Source of the DNA: Carcharhinus amblyrhynchos
Lineage: Eukaryota
NCBI GenBank assembly: GCA_965287045.1
Contig: OZ336878.1
Coordinates: forward strand, 104,346,001 to 104,410,000
DNA length: 64,000 bases
Reading direction: 5' to 3'
Under the pieces are notes generated by a model. It saw nothing but the letters and a program-made list of their open reading frames with translations. It had not been told where the DNA came from and made no database searches. The stretch's first letter is position 1. Every line of letters begins with the position of its first letter. This document shows, one piece after another, positions 41,771-53,419 of this stretch. The position numbers and the translations under genes are program-made.

Positions 41771-42569
41771 AATAAAATGCTTGCACACAGGGTGCTCACT
41801 TCACTTTCATGGTCGTTTCTGTTTACAGCCTTCCACACAACGCAGGAGGCATTTGGAGGAGTGATTAAGTCGTTTTTATTCAAACAAAGAATTTGGTCAA
41901 ACAGATGTGCTTAGTGTATGCAACATTCGCAACCTTGTGCTATGCAGGCACATCGCTTTGCTACAGTTACTGCTATTGATCAGTGTAATATCCAACAGCA
42001 AGACTCAGGCTTGTACCAGAGCATTAGGTTTGACCTAATTACATTCTTGAGTAGTTGATTTCACCAGACTGAAATAGCTGTGCCTTACCATTTTAATAAA
42101 CTGACAAACATAGAGGTTATTTTCATAAATATTGCCAGATGCTTGGTGGTTTTTAGTCCAATTGTTGATTGAGCATCACTTTCTTTCCAAGAGTCGAGGC
42201 TGAACAAGAGACAGTGTGGGTATTTCCGTGTTCCACATAAACAAATGATTGCTAAATGCCCTGTTCAATTTCAGGACCTAAAGTCATATAGAGCAATGGC
42301 AAGAGATAGAGCAATCAGCAAATGGAAAACCATTCATTGATCCAAAAAATATCCCCCTTGGATCTCTGACTGAGTTTTTTTTTCCTTCCAAGTCCTAGGA
42401 GAGGATGAGACCTGTTATTATCCCCTCTTACATTTCGTGTTATTGTGACGTGGGTGATGATTAGGCCACCAATCTTTGCCTTGACAACGGTGGGTACCAA
42501 TTGCAGCGTAAACCCCCTCCTCTGCTCTCCCCCAAACACATATACATAAAGCACGAGGGGCCACAATAG

Positions 42570-43247
42570 GATGTCGGGTCTCGAAAACTGAAGAAAAATG
42601 TGTGAGAAGTGCCATGTTTGATTTTCTGCATCCAACTGGCTGAGGTCGGCCCACTCAAAAGGAAATAAGTGAGGTGGCTGTTGAAATCTCGGGTCAATGT
42701 CGCCTGCTCGCTGAATCAACGCTTCAGACCTTCGACGATTTTGATTTTTGACTGCTTCGCTTCAGACAGGCAATATCTGAAGATGGAATCACTCGGTGAA
42801 GTTTCCACTCAAAGAGAGCACGACAGCATTTTTGTCACATTTAGAAAATATCATTTTCCCTTTGTCAAAATCTAGAAGACTCCAAGCTCCAGCAAGTGCG
42901 CAAGATTGACGTTGTTATCGAATTTACTTAAGAGGCTGTGTGTATTTTTCCGACATTCCACTACAATATAAGCCGCAATCCACTGCTCAGCAATGACTTC
43001 AGTCGCAGTATCGCCATTAACGAGACCATGGTCATGCCCGGAAACGAGGTAACATCCTTCGCCACTTCCATTAGCCAGTAGTGATCTCTTTTTCCCCCAC
43101 AGGCGCCAGGTGCCGAGCTGCAACTTTTGTTGGCCGGTGTACTTCTGGGGGATCACCCCACGTTGCACTGTTATTCATTTCGTGCAGCATGAATTGCGAA
43201 CCCGAGTTGCTGTCTTCGAAATGGACGGGAGCTAGAGGCATGGAAAA
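42570..43247 (+). pseudogene. Copy A pseudo-exon: Eph ligand-binding domain plus Cys-rich (sushi) region
   Basis: MSGLEN*RKMCEKCHV*FSASNWLRSAH (NWLRS at 42634-42648) resembles Eph SG.DE..RTY.VC.V....NWLRT. Also EVAVEI, GCVYFSDIPLQYK (cf. GAC.....V.Y) and DHPTLHC (cf. PP.LYC). About 678 nt. Confidence 0.68.
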
Positions 43248-43689
43248 GTGAATAATCAATTTTAACTGGAACTAAGAACTTACAACATTTGCCTAAAACT
43301 CTCTGTATCTCTGTCTGTCCACCCTCCTCCCCACCCCCCCACCGCCCCCCCGCCATCTCGTGGGACTCCCTCTTTCTCCCTCTCTGTCTTAGAGACTTTC
43401 TATTTGCTCCTCTGAGTTGGTATAACCTCCATTTTAACGTAAGTAAATGAGTAAGATTTTAAAGCCACTTATAATAAAATAATTTGTAATACTCATCATG
43501 TTTCTGGTTGCATCCATTAACCAGTGTTTAGCCAATAGCTTGTAAGTGGAAACAATTGTTCCCAACACATTGAGACCCTCAAGTGTATTTGTTTGATATG
43601 GCGGGTTGGGGGAGGTTGGGTATCTGGGTTGGGGGTACGACTGTGTGATTGGGGTGCTCTTTGTTCATGAATTTTGAGGTCTTTCCCGC

Positions 43690-43845
43690 ACTGCCCCTGC
43701 GGTTCATTTCTTTTAAGCCAAGTACTGCACCTGTGATTACCAGCACGTATATCCTGGAGTAAATCACGGTGCAAGTTTAAGCCATCTCGGCCAAGATACC
43801 ATGCAATGTCAACGTCAGAAATATCAACACAATGCTTCTTGCAGG
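43690..43845 (+). pseudogene. Copy A pseudo-exon: Eph EGF-like domain
   Basis: CPCGSFLLSQ...PRYHAMSTSEISTQC (cf. CP.GTFK.SQ...GYYRAD.DP....C). Donor G|gtatgt at 43845, acceptor decayed. About 156 nt. Confidence 0.6.
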
Positions 43846-43914
43846 GTATGTCTGATCATGGCAAAAGAGTTAGAAAGGGGCATTGGTTCAGATGCAGACA
43901 TTAAGATAAAAGTA

Positions 43915-44125
43915 AAATTATGTGAATGCTGGAATCTGAGACAAAAACGGAAAATACTGGAAAATCTCAAGTGGTCTGACAGCATCTGTGGAGAGAGTAT
44001 TGAGCCAACATTTCGAGTATGGATGACCCTCATCACAGCTGACGTCATCCAGACAAACGTTGGCACTATTCTCTCTCCAGAGATGTTGTCAGCTTTGCTG
44101 TGAAATTCCAGCATTTTCCCTTTCT
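43915..44125. repeat. Palindromic interspersed element in an intron of copy A
   Basis: Left arm ctggaaaatctca..ctgacagcatctgtggagagag..gccaacattt..tggatgac, right arm gtcatccagacaaacgttggc..ctctccagagatgttgtcag..tgaaattccag. Confidence 0.8.
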
Positions 44126-44138
44126 GTTGCACGCGCAT

Positions 44139-44735
44139 AAATCTTCTGCGCCCCTAGAAGCAAAAGCAGCGGTATCTCTAAGTTCTGCGCTAATCCAGCC
44201 AGAACGCCGGGACAATTAACTTCAATACGGGCATATAGAACACTGGGCCGTGTTCTGCTACGGTTAGACAACTTCCATGACTGGTGAGAACGGCAGGGGT
44301 TGGCTATAATGTCAACCTCCACGATGAGTCTTATTGTAAACTTTTTAGGTTTCCTTTAAAATGCAGCTCTTGGTGCAGTAACCCTTGCATGAGATATCCG
44401 TTTATTTATTTAACTTCTGGAGTATTTGTTAATTTTGACCTCCGTGTTCATTTGTTCATGATCAAAAGAGTCTGACGTTTGTATATACCATCCTGTCTCT
44501 CTATTTCGGTGCCGATGCTCAGAATCACTCCAGTGACCCTTCCCTACTTCTGATTACCTTATGCCTTTTAAGCTGATTTGGCTAAGGTGATTAATGTTTG
44601 TTAATGTGACCTTTGGGCGTAAGTATTCAGATCTGAATTTGCCGTCAGGAACTAGTCGATTTTATCTCGTGCTCTGCGATGTCCATGCTTGTTATCGGAC
44701 TGGAAAACCAGTGGTGGTGGATAGAGGCTGCGGTA
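44139..44735 (+). pseudogene. Copy A pseudo-exons: FN3 domains 1 and 2
   Basis: KSSAPLEAKAAVSLSSALIQPERR..QYGHIEHWAVFC (cf. PSAP.NV....SS..I.W..P...G.I..Y.V). Then SSDPSLLLITL...NLPSGTSRFYLVLCDVHACYRTGKPVVV. Confidence 0.62.
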
Positions 44736-45539
44736 GCATTTCTGTTTTATTTGAGTGAAACAGAAATAAAACAAAAGTATTTCATACCGTTTGTATGTTG
44801 TGTGGAACAGTACAGTGAGCGTTGTCGCATTGACTTTACAGTTCCCTCGATTTTAAATAATATTTACAACAACGGAGCAAAGGCAAAACAACCGATGTGC
44901 TAAGGGTTGCCAGTTTGTGGTCGCCTTTTCTGCGCTATTATGAAGTCAACGTTTTGGAACACAAGAAGAAGCATTTTGGCCCACTGTGTCTGCGCTGGCA
45001 ATCGGTATATACAATGCATTGTAAAGCTATATGCAACGCGTGTTTTATGGCTTTGAATGCGGTAGCTTTTTAAGTGCTCATCCAAATGCGTTTTAAATGT
45101 TGTGCAGGTCCCCCCCTCTACCACACTTTCAGGCAGCGAGTTCTAGATTACTACCACCCTCTGAGGGAATATGTTTTTCCTCAAATACTATCTAAACCTT
45201 TTGCATCGCCCCTTAAATCTAATCAATCTTTGTTACTGACACCTCTGCTGTGGTGAAAGGTTTCGATCTATTTACCGTAACCCAACCTCTTATAACTTTG
45301 CTGTCATTGATCACGTATCCTCTTCTCTGCTCCAATGAATTCATCAGCGTATTCAGTATTCAGCATACTCTCTTCATAGCTGAAAAGCTCGCACCCAGGC
45401 AACACCCTGGTGAATCTTCACTGCACCCGTTCTAGTGCAAACATACCCTTCCTTTAGTGTGGTGAACAGAACTGCACGCGGTACACGAGTTGCAGCCTAA
45501 GGAACGATTATATCCTTCATTACTTAGCACGAAAAATTA

Positions 45540-45990
45540 TCAAAAGTTACACGCACCTCTTATGTGATTAATTGGTCGTTTTAGCGCAATTGGCAATGGA
45601 GAGCTTGATCCATACATGCTCGACTCTCCTTTCTATCGGCTTTGTCGGAAGACAAAACCACACTGTAATTTGTTATCACTGAAGCTTCGACGGCCGTGGA
45701 AGTTAAGAGCACCCTGTTAAACGGAGGTGTCCGCGATCAAACCATCTTTGAGATATATGTTCCTCTGCAGCTGTGGAATGAAGCAAATTGTACCAGAAAG
45801 GCCGTGCGCATATGCTGTTCAGTGCTATCGAGTACCGCGTTGAATGCTTAACTCATCTTAGACCACTCATTTTCCGCCACCGTCCCAGACCGAATTTCTA
45901 CTCCCTTTGCGCCATCAAGACGCATTCCTCACCCACTTATGTTTTTTCGTCAGTACTTTCTGAGTTCCTGGAATGGACAACATTATGTGA
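45540..45990 (+). pseudogene. Copy A pseudo-exons: FN3 domains 3 and 4
   Basis: VTRTSYVINWS..GNGELDPYML. After acceptor ttcctctgcag (45770): NCTRKAVRIC..AIEYRVEC...SSPTYVFSSV. Confidence 0.55.
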
Positions 45991-46372
45991 TTGCCATTAT
46001 CACGGTGATTTTTTAAAATAAATATCTGTCTGACAGCCAGAGGCACACTGCTGTCCTCCTTATTTGGGTCTGTTAACAATTCACATCTCAATTTACCTGC
46101 GCGTTTAATTTTGTTGATTTGTTTAACTAGTTGATTTTACCTATTTTGTTTTACTCGAGAAGAACTTAATGGGCAGCTGCCTTAGAGTCCTCGAAGTTCG
46201 CTGTGGTGCCAGACTAACAGAGTAAAATCCATCTCAGATGCTAATCCGGAATTATAATCATGGCTGCCACTGCAATTGACTGTAGTTAAAGTTAAACTTC
46301 GGAGAGTAGTTCAACACATCTGCACCCCCATGTGGCTACAATGTCGCGTACGGTGGACGAAGATATTTTCTG

Positions 46373-46685
46373 AAGCAGCACAGTGGCACAGTAATTTGCA
46401 TTGCTGTCTCACAGCTCCAGGAACCCGAGTTCAACTCCAACATTGGGGAGCCACCTGTATGGAACTTGCACATTTCTGCGTGTGTTTCTCCCGGGTCAAA
46501 AGAGGTGAGATTAAGTGGATTCGCCATGATAAACTTCCCCTTCGTTTCCCAAAACGTGTTGGCTAAATGGGTTAGCTATGGGAAATGTATGGGTTTACGA
46601 GGATGATGTGGGGGAAAAGGCAAATATAATATATCCGGCACAGACTCGATTCGGCCAAATGACCTCTTCTGCAGAGATTCTATGA
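46373..46685 (+). mobile_element. HE1-type SINE
   Basis: gcagcacagtggcacagt...gagttcaactcc head, ttctatga tail. Confidence 0.75.
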
Positions 46686-46855
46686 AATGTGTATATTCAG
46701 AAAAAAAAGGAAAATGAAAGCCTCATCTCGTGAAAATGTAAAAAACAAGTACCAGCTGATCCCTCAACACTATATGGGCACTGGCACTTGCATCGAACGG
46801 ATCTGTTTTTGAACTAACAAAAGCAAATTATAATAGTTTCATCTGATTCGAACAG

Positions 46856-47608
46856 GTCCTCTGAAAGTTAGGGCTTTGCAGCCATTTGCTGCCACTCTAT
46901 TGTTTGATAGGTTCGTTGAGATGGCAGTTATGAGCTAAACATCGCTGCGCGTCCAAAGTAACATATCGACCAGGCAGTGGAGGTTGACAGGTTTCCTTTC
47001 CGGAAAGACATATCTGGGCCAGAATGATTCTTATTCAAAATATTGATGCCGATACTTTTAAAAATAGCTTACTTATTAAGTTCAATCTGACTGGTGGTAT
47101 TTGAAATCATGGCACCTGAATATTAGCCGGCACTGCTGGATTACTCAAGCACCAACTTACCTCTCTGCTACCACTCTACAACGCAGTTATTGATGAGCAA
47201 TAAGTGCCGCCATTGCGTATGTTTCTCACACTGTACGACTGGACAAAAATAACCAATATTTCATCTCACGGAACTGCTTCCGGAGATGAGCAATTTCAGA
47301 AAGTCAATGAAATAATCAACATCGATTAAGAGCATAGAGAAGGGAACATGCAACAAATGCCAAAAGTCAATCATTTTTGTGTTCGTATTTGGGTGGTGGA
47401 AGGTTGGGGACGTATTCGGATGGTGCTGATGGTGTTACTCAGGTGAAGAGAGCCACATGACTGCATCAAATAGGCCCAGAGAATAAAGGAAAATTAGGAG
47501 GTGAATTCTCTCGACGTTTTGCTCAATTAGATGCATTGCTGGAAAATTGCTTATGCTATGCCTGAAGAGGAAAAGGGACATCGATAAATTCAGAAATTGT
47601 GGAAGACC
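46856..47608 (+). pseudogene. Copy A pseudo-exon(s): membrane-proximal domain plus TM, interrupted by a SINE-like insertion (about 46970-47240)
   Basis: Phase-1 start ag|GT CCT (GPLKV..) as in copy B (GPPRI..). TELLPEM and SFLCSYLGGGRLGTY. TM remnant ILSTFCSIRCIAGKLLMLCL followed by KRKR. Donor |gtaaag. Confidence 0.58.
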
Positions 47609-49031
47609 GTAAAGGTTTGAGCATAATAAAGGGAACTATCAAATGTCTTAAGAAGAATAGAAAGGCAAAATAGTTTTTGAGCGGAAGAACAAAGCAACTG
47701 TATTGCCAGGATTTTTGTATCATACTTCATGAGTCTCACAAAATTAACATACAGGAGCAACAAAAAATTGAGCAAATCAGTAGTATGTTAGCACTTATCG
47801 CAAAGGGGTGGGCACATCACTGTAAATATGGAAACATTAGATAGCATCTTTGTGACATCACACTTGGAGTACTGGAGACAGTTTTGGTCTAAAAATAGAA
47901 AATGCTGGAAAAAATAATTTGGGTTGGCAGCTTTGGAGGAGAGAGAAATAGGGTTAACACCTCGAATCACTTTGACTACTGTTTTGAGCTGAAGAGAGAG
48001 AAAGAGAGACAGAAATAAATGTTTTTGCTTTGTCTGCTTATGTGGGGGGTGGCTGGGGGCGGGGGAGGGGGTGGGGGCTGGGGGAAGGGGTGGGGGGCAG
48101 GTGGAGCAAAATGGAAGACCATTAATAGTCGGAACAGCAAGAGAGATTTGACAAAAATATCATGCATACATCACAAAGGCAGTATCAATTATAGTATTAA
48201 AGACCAATGAAGGCGCTGATGGTGACATAAAGACCAAACATAAGGAGGGAAAGTGGAAAATAAAAAACAAGTAGGATGAGCAACGCTCAAGAGATAAGTG
48301 GAAATACCGTCAGAGATAAGAGCAGTTCTTGCTGAAGATTGTTGCTTCTTCAGCTAAGGATGAAAATACATTTCTTAAAGAGCGTTTGACATACAGCTTC
48401 CACAACTGCTGTTCGAACGAGCTGGGAGACCCAAGCAGAGACCGAGCAGAATGGGCCGAGATTGCATATAGCTTAGATGAATGGAAGGATAATGTTATTG
48501 AAATGTGTACAATTATTAGAGTGGTTACGGGATAGATGGCGATTAGCTCACTTCACTTGTCAGAAAGGCTAGAACTATGGACAATATTGTCGAGTTTAAC
48601 AGCCAGCCATTTTGACAGCGATGAGGAAATATTTCCACACTCCGAAGGTTGTGAAACACCTGTGTTATTCATTCCAGCGGATGTGAATACTCAGTTGATG
48701 ATTATGATCAAAACTGACCTCGATAGATTTTTGGACACTAAGGGAAGGTATTAGGGGAAAGAATAGTTAATGTAAATTTCAGCTATTATATGACTGAATG
48801 GCAGATTAGGCTCAAAGAGGCGTGTGGCTCATTCCTGCTCAAATTTCGTACGTCAGTGTGACCAAGAACAAGGTGAATTTCAATGCAAATGGGACATAAG
48901 TGGCACGCAGGATATTATCCATCTCCTGTTCTTCTTTCCTCTCAATTAATGTAAATATGTCAGCATTTGCTTTGCGTCTCACCTGAAACTGAATACACTT
49001 GTATTGGGGCAACGTTTTAAGGATAGCTCAG

Positions 49032-49567
49032 GTTTAAGCGAGATCTGACCGTCTTGTAATGCATCACCGGCTTTTGGGGACCCGTGAGGGTGCGCTGAGG
49101 TCATCTTTTCAAACGCGGCTGTTTATGAAAAATCCATCTCATAACTATCGGACAGATTTGAATGAACCATAACACGCAGATTGGAAATGGGCCATTGAAG
49201 GAGTTGTTCACCGTTGTTGAAAGCGCAGGTCAGGATCTTGACATTTCTTTAAAGATCTGTTAACATTGGGAGAGAGGATGAATTAAATTTTGATTGAATA
49301 CTGTTGGTTAATTTATTTACAATGGTTTTGTTTCCTTTAGAATTCTCTGAATTTCTCAGTTGCCCTGACGGCATTTGTCACAGCTGTCAAATGTGAGTGC
49401 ACGGTTCACAGCACATTGTTGGACATGGCCTGCAGCTTATTGAGTGAGGAGGAAGCTATTTAATAAAATATTTTTGGTCAGATTTGCTCTTGTAGAATAC
49501 AGAACGGACAGCTTCATGGAAAAGCTGTGCAATTGTAACAACGCTGGAGCAACATAGTATAGCTAAG
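49032..49567 (+). pseudogene. Copy A pseudo-exons: Tyr kinase subdomains I-V (49032-49228; 49341-49567)
   Basis: KRDLTVL*CITGFWGPV..GHL (Gly loop), GSQHIV (cf. H.NIV), LVEY/NGQL/EKL. Acceptor ttttgtttcctttag, donor AAG|gtatgt. Confidence 0.62.
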
Positions 49568-49745
49568 GTATGTGCTTTATCACGTGCTATTTTCATTTGT
49601 TCTGGGTGCAGTGCATCCCCACCAAGGGAATTTATATAAGCTGGCATTGTTCAATCTTTTGCTGCTTGCTAGACGTAATACAGAGGGGAGATCATGTTGT
49701 AATTTGCTCTGAATATCAATAAATATGTCATTTATTATCATAAGC

Positions 49746-50000
49746 TTAGAATCATACACTGCAGAAGGAAGCCATTAGGCCCCGCGAGTCTGCACCGACC
49801 ACAATTCCTCCTAGACGCTATCCCCAGGCAGAGGCACAGAGGGCCAATGTAGCAGCGCTAATCCACGTATTCCGCAAATCTTTGGACTGTGGGGGGAAAG
49901 AGGAGCACGCGGAGGAAACCCACGCAGACACGGGTAAAATGTGCATATATCACACTGTCGATCCAGGGCCTCTGGCACTGTGAAGCAGCCGTGTTAATCG
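49746..50000 (-). mobile_element. HE1-type SINE
   Basis: ttggactgtggggggaaagaggagcacgcggaggaaacccacgcagacacggg. Confidence 0.85.
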
Positions 50001-50034
50001 CTGCAGATGTATTGCTATCCGCATGTTAAATGGC

Positions 50035-50200
50035 CGATTGCCTACCTCAAGCTAAGTTGTGATCACCTCATAGATGGAGCAAGGAATGCTTATAGATTCT
50101 GGATGCGAAGAAGTGTGCCAGTACAGTTCAAAAAACTGAGCGTTGAGTACAGTTGAATGACCGAGAATGGCAATGTAGCGACGCAAAAATTCGATTTTCA
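50035..50200 (+). pseudogene. Copy A pseudo-exon: kinase subdomains VI-VII
   Basis: MEQGML/LDAKKC (cf. IA.GM.YL..KKC) ... DAKIRF (cf. AKI.DF). Heavily frameshifted. Confidence 0.45.
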
Positions 50201-50269
50201 TAGGCAGAAGTCCAATATTGCTAATCATAAGTGAAGATGGAACCTGCTTTTCTATGGCACCTTAATGAT

Positions 50270-50820
50270 ACGTGGATATGCCTAAGTGCCTTTGAGGCAA
50301 TAAATCATTTTTTGAAGTGCAGTCAAGAAAACCATCTTTCCCCTATTCAAGCAAATGTAAGAAATACTTTAACCTATTGTCATCAAGCAAGCAATACCTT
50401 AATCTATTGTAGTCACGGTAGCAAATGCCTTAACTTGCTGAAGTCAAAGTAAGAATCATCTTAGTCTATTGGAGACAAGTTAAGAAATACCTGAATTTAT
50501 TGCCATCGATATTAGACATGCTTTAGCCCATTTTCGTACGGCAAGCAATAACTTAACCTATTGTAGCCACGTAGTAAAAGTCTTAAGTTATTACAGTCAG
50601 GGCAAGAAAATAACTTTGTGTATTCTAGTCAATGTAACAAGGGTCTTGACTAGTGTAATCGAGCTAAGCATGCTAAGAAATACCTTAGCCTATTGTACTG
50701 AAGGTAAAGGAACCTTCGCCTATAGCAGTCTAGTAAGACATTCCTTACATATTGTTGTCAAGTTAAGAAAAAGCTTAGCGTATTTTGGTCAAATTACGTA
50801 GTAACTTAATTTATCTGAGT
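50270..50820. repeat. Degenerate tandem repeat, period about 30-31 bp, roughly 17-18 copies
   Basis: Units such as aatactttaacctattgtcatcaagcaagc, aataccttaatctattgtagtcacggtagca and aatgccttaacttgctgaagtcaaagtaag start at 50363, 50393, 50424, 50454. Confidence 0.85.
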
Positions 50821-50899
50821 ACTGTACTCTGCCATATACAAGTGCGAATTAATGTGAGTGTAATAAAAATGTTTTATGTCGTGCTTTTCACAACCAGCA

Positions 50900-50995
50900 G
50901 ACATCTTGATCACTCTACGGCAATTGATCTACTTTGGCAGTCTGGTCAATGCATCAAAGAAAATAACACGACAAATAATTCTTGCAGAGAACTCG
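50900..50995 (+). pseudogene. Copy A pseudo-exon: kinase subdomain VIII
   Basis: LLWQSGQCIKENNTTNNS resembles RW.SPE.IKE..FTT.S. Confidence 0.45.
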
Positions 50996-51318
50996 CCTAA
51001 ACAAACAGTAACCCAATGAGGAACAAGTCATCGATTTTTGTGATCGATGAATCGTGATCATGAGAGTCGGCAAGGCTCCCGTCCTCTTTTTACAAATCGT
51101 TCCACCGGATCTTTTGTGTTCACCTGCGGGGTTGGGTAGTGTCGTCGTGTACCTTGTCATCTGAAACACAACACCACTGAGGGGACTGAACTGGAGTGTC
51201 AGATTGATTTTTATTCCCTCGTCGGCTTGGGAATTAAGCCCAGAGCCTTTTGGCTGAGCGGAAAGCGTGGAACCATCCGATATGCAGGTGTCTGATACGC
51301 TGTGCATTATTTTTAAAG

Positions 51319-51691
51319 CCGGTGACACAGTGAGACATTGTATGGTACTACTGCCTCACAACGCCGGAGACCTGGTTTCGATTCCAGTCTTGGGTGACTG
51401 GAGTTCGCAAGTGTGGAGTTTGCAAGTTTTTCCCATTTCCCTGTGGGTTTCTTCTAGGTGCTCAAGGTTTTCTCCCACGGTAACAAAAAATGTACAGATG
51501 AGTTGGTTCGGCGATGCCAAATTATTCCTTCCTATCCCAGGATGTGTAAGTTAGGAATATTAGTGGGATAAATATGTGGGGTTACAGGGATAGGGCAGGG
51601 GTGGTGGGCCTGAGTTGGATACGCTGTCAGAGAGTTAGTACAGGCTTGATCGGCCGGTATAGCCTTCCTCTACAATGTATGAATTCTATGA
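51319..51691 (+). mobile_element. HE1-type SINE between the 3' ends of the two RTK pseudogenes
   Basis: ctgcctcacaacgccggagacctggtttcgattcc head, ttctatga tail. Confidence 0.8.
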
Positions 51692-51719
51692 AATAAGGGC
51701 AAGGACACCGAACACTTGA

Positions 51720-52483
51720 GCACAGCGTCCAAATTCACTGTTGCATGTTATTCTTAATAATTCCACTGCTTTCTTGCAGCCGGGTTCCATACAATTCTTG
51801 ATGTATACGAAAATAGAACCTGAGGTCAACGTCGCAGACAGAATGGCAACAACTACCTATTACGAGCGAAGTATGGACGAGATTTTTGTTGTTACGTCCT
51901 GGATCTGAACTTGAGCCCATGAACTTTGAGGTAGGTGCGGTGCGATGTTGCATAAACTATAGAACAATCGACGCGAGTGTCATTGCAGGCATTGACAATG
52001 TCACAAACTCGTGACAAATAACTCCAAAAACACCTTAAGTCTTTTTACAGATATATGCTCAGTATTTGTAGACTGATTATGCTGTCGCATCTTAGGCGGC
52101 AGCATTCAAATACTTTACGATCTTTAATGGAACTACTCCCAATATTTTAATTCAGTTCCGTGTCGGAAGAAACCGCGTTCTCCACCGTGGTAGAATGATA
52201 TCATGGAAGAAGAAACTACCCCAGCTGGAACAACGATTCATCTGCTATTGGTGCCGAACTTGAACGGCATTGGCTATCGATTGAACGCTCGCCCCGCCCA
52301 GCCCCCTCAAAGAAGTCGAAGTTCCAATGGCACAAATTACTTTTGCATATAAGTTGTAACCTGGTGCTGCAAATTGTGATGGTGGAGACGCCAATGCTTT
52401 TCCATCACACTGACCATATTGATGCACAACCTAACTGGCTGGCATAATGACCACGCAATCCTTAACTACTCCGTGAAGTGATT
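51720..52483 (-). pseudogene. Copy B: kinase subdomains VIa-XI
   Basis: Acceptor tctctgttttctag. LCINMVSVME; HHNL/AAP (cf. HRDLAARN, about 52360-52382); GYNLYAKV; FGVICHEFVTL (51996-52028, cf. FGVLLWEIVTL); AQVQIQDVTTKISSILR; IFVYIKNCME (cf. LY.LM..CW). Confidence 0.8.
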
Positions 52484-53419
52484 CTAGAAAACAGAGATTC
52501 CGACTAAGAGGCAGAAAGACTGCGCCACACGACAGTATTAACACCATAGCAAGGCGTTAATGTTTCTGAAATAAGTAACATCAAACCTCAAGTCCTCGTG
52601 GCATTTCAGGCAGCCATTCTCTCAGGAGAAAGAGGACAGGCGAAAGATGAGGAAATAAAAGTAACACCAACAAAGTTAACAATTCTGCAAAGTACTAGGA
52701 TTGTCTGACAGGATCTGCAGAGTGCGATTTGACTGGAGTCTGATCACTGATCAGAATCTCGATGGAACTTTAACGTTGTTTCCTCCTCTTCAGATACTGC
52801 CCGAGATGTTGAATATTCCACGATAGTCTATTTTTGCTTCCATGATGTGGAGATGCCGGCAATGCGAAGTCTCGCAACATCATGTTAAAGTCCAAAAGGT
52901 TCGTTGACTCACCTGATGAAGAAGCAAAGTTCTGAAAGCTCTTGATTCCAAAAACATTTTCTTTAGCCTGGTGTTGTGAGGATGGCTTTTTGGGGTTTAG
53001 CATTGACAATGTATCGAAAATGAATTAAAACCACTGTGTCTTCTCATGCCTGCATCTTAGTCCCTGAGCTTCCTTTCTGAAAATATTGACTTTATCAGTG
53101 AAATTTGAATGCATAAGAGGGTGGGTGGGGAGGATAAAGAATTTGCCGCGTTGAGAAAGCAATAACAAACCTGCGTTTATAGAAAACATTTAACCAATGC
53201 AATCCACATGACGTTATCAGAGAGATGCAAAGAGCGTGGATGACTTTGGGAAGGTTATTTCCGTTCCTTATTTCTAAGAATGATCTTGCAAAACATTAGC
53301 AACTCAGCAGATTAATATTCCAGAGTGGCAGCGGTTGGAATTTAAATTCAGTGCAAAACCTAGACTGCAAATTTAATCACACGATCATAGATTTAGTGTA
53401 TATTTGTGGACGTATTGCC

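Larger units (their letters stand above)
42400..51000 (+). pseudogene. Eph-ectodomain receptor tyrosine kinase pseudogene, copy A (Eph LBD, Cys-rich, EGF, about 4 FN3, membrane-proximal domain, TM, Tyr kinase)
   Basis: Colinear domain remnants in the expected order, many bounded by AG/GT sites, with many stops and frameshifts. See the exon entries. Confidence 0.75.

Noticed and set aside
42872-43259. Minus-strand ORFs with BID-like words (AARHLAPVGE, HGLVNG)
   Set aside because: The motifs lie in different frames and out of spacing. The opposite strand gives a more coherent Eph LBD/Cys-rich exon colinear with downstream domains.
50270-50820. CRISPR-like periodicity
   Set aside because: Vertebrate DNA, contiguous degenerate units with no unique spacers, and no cas genes.
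51780-51930. Plus-strand YYERSMDEIFVV resembling a Penelope RT YVDD motif, flanked by AG/GT
   Set aside because: No other Penelope motifs are present. The minus strand here fits kinase subdomains X-XI directly after FGVICHEFVTL.
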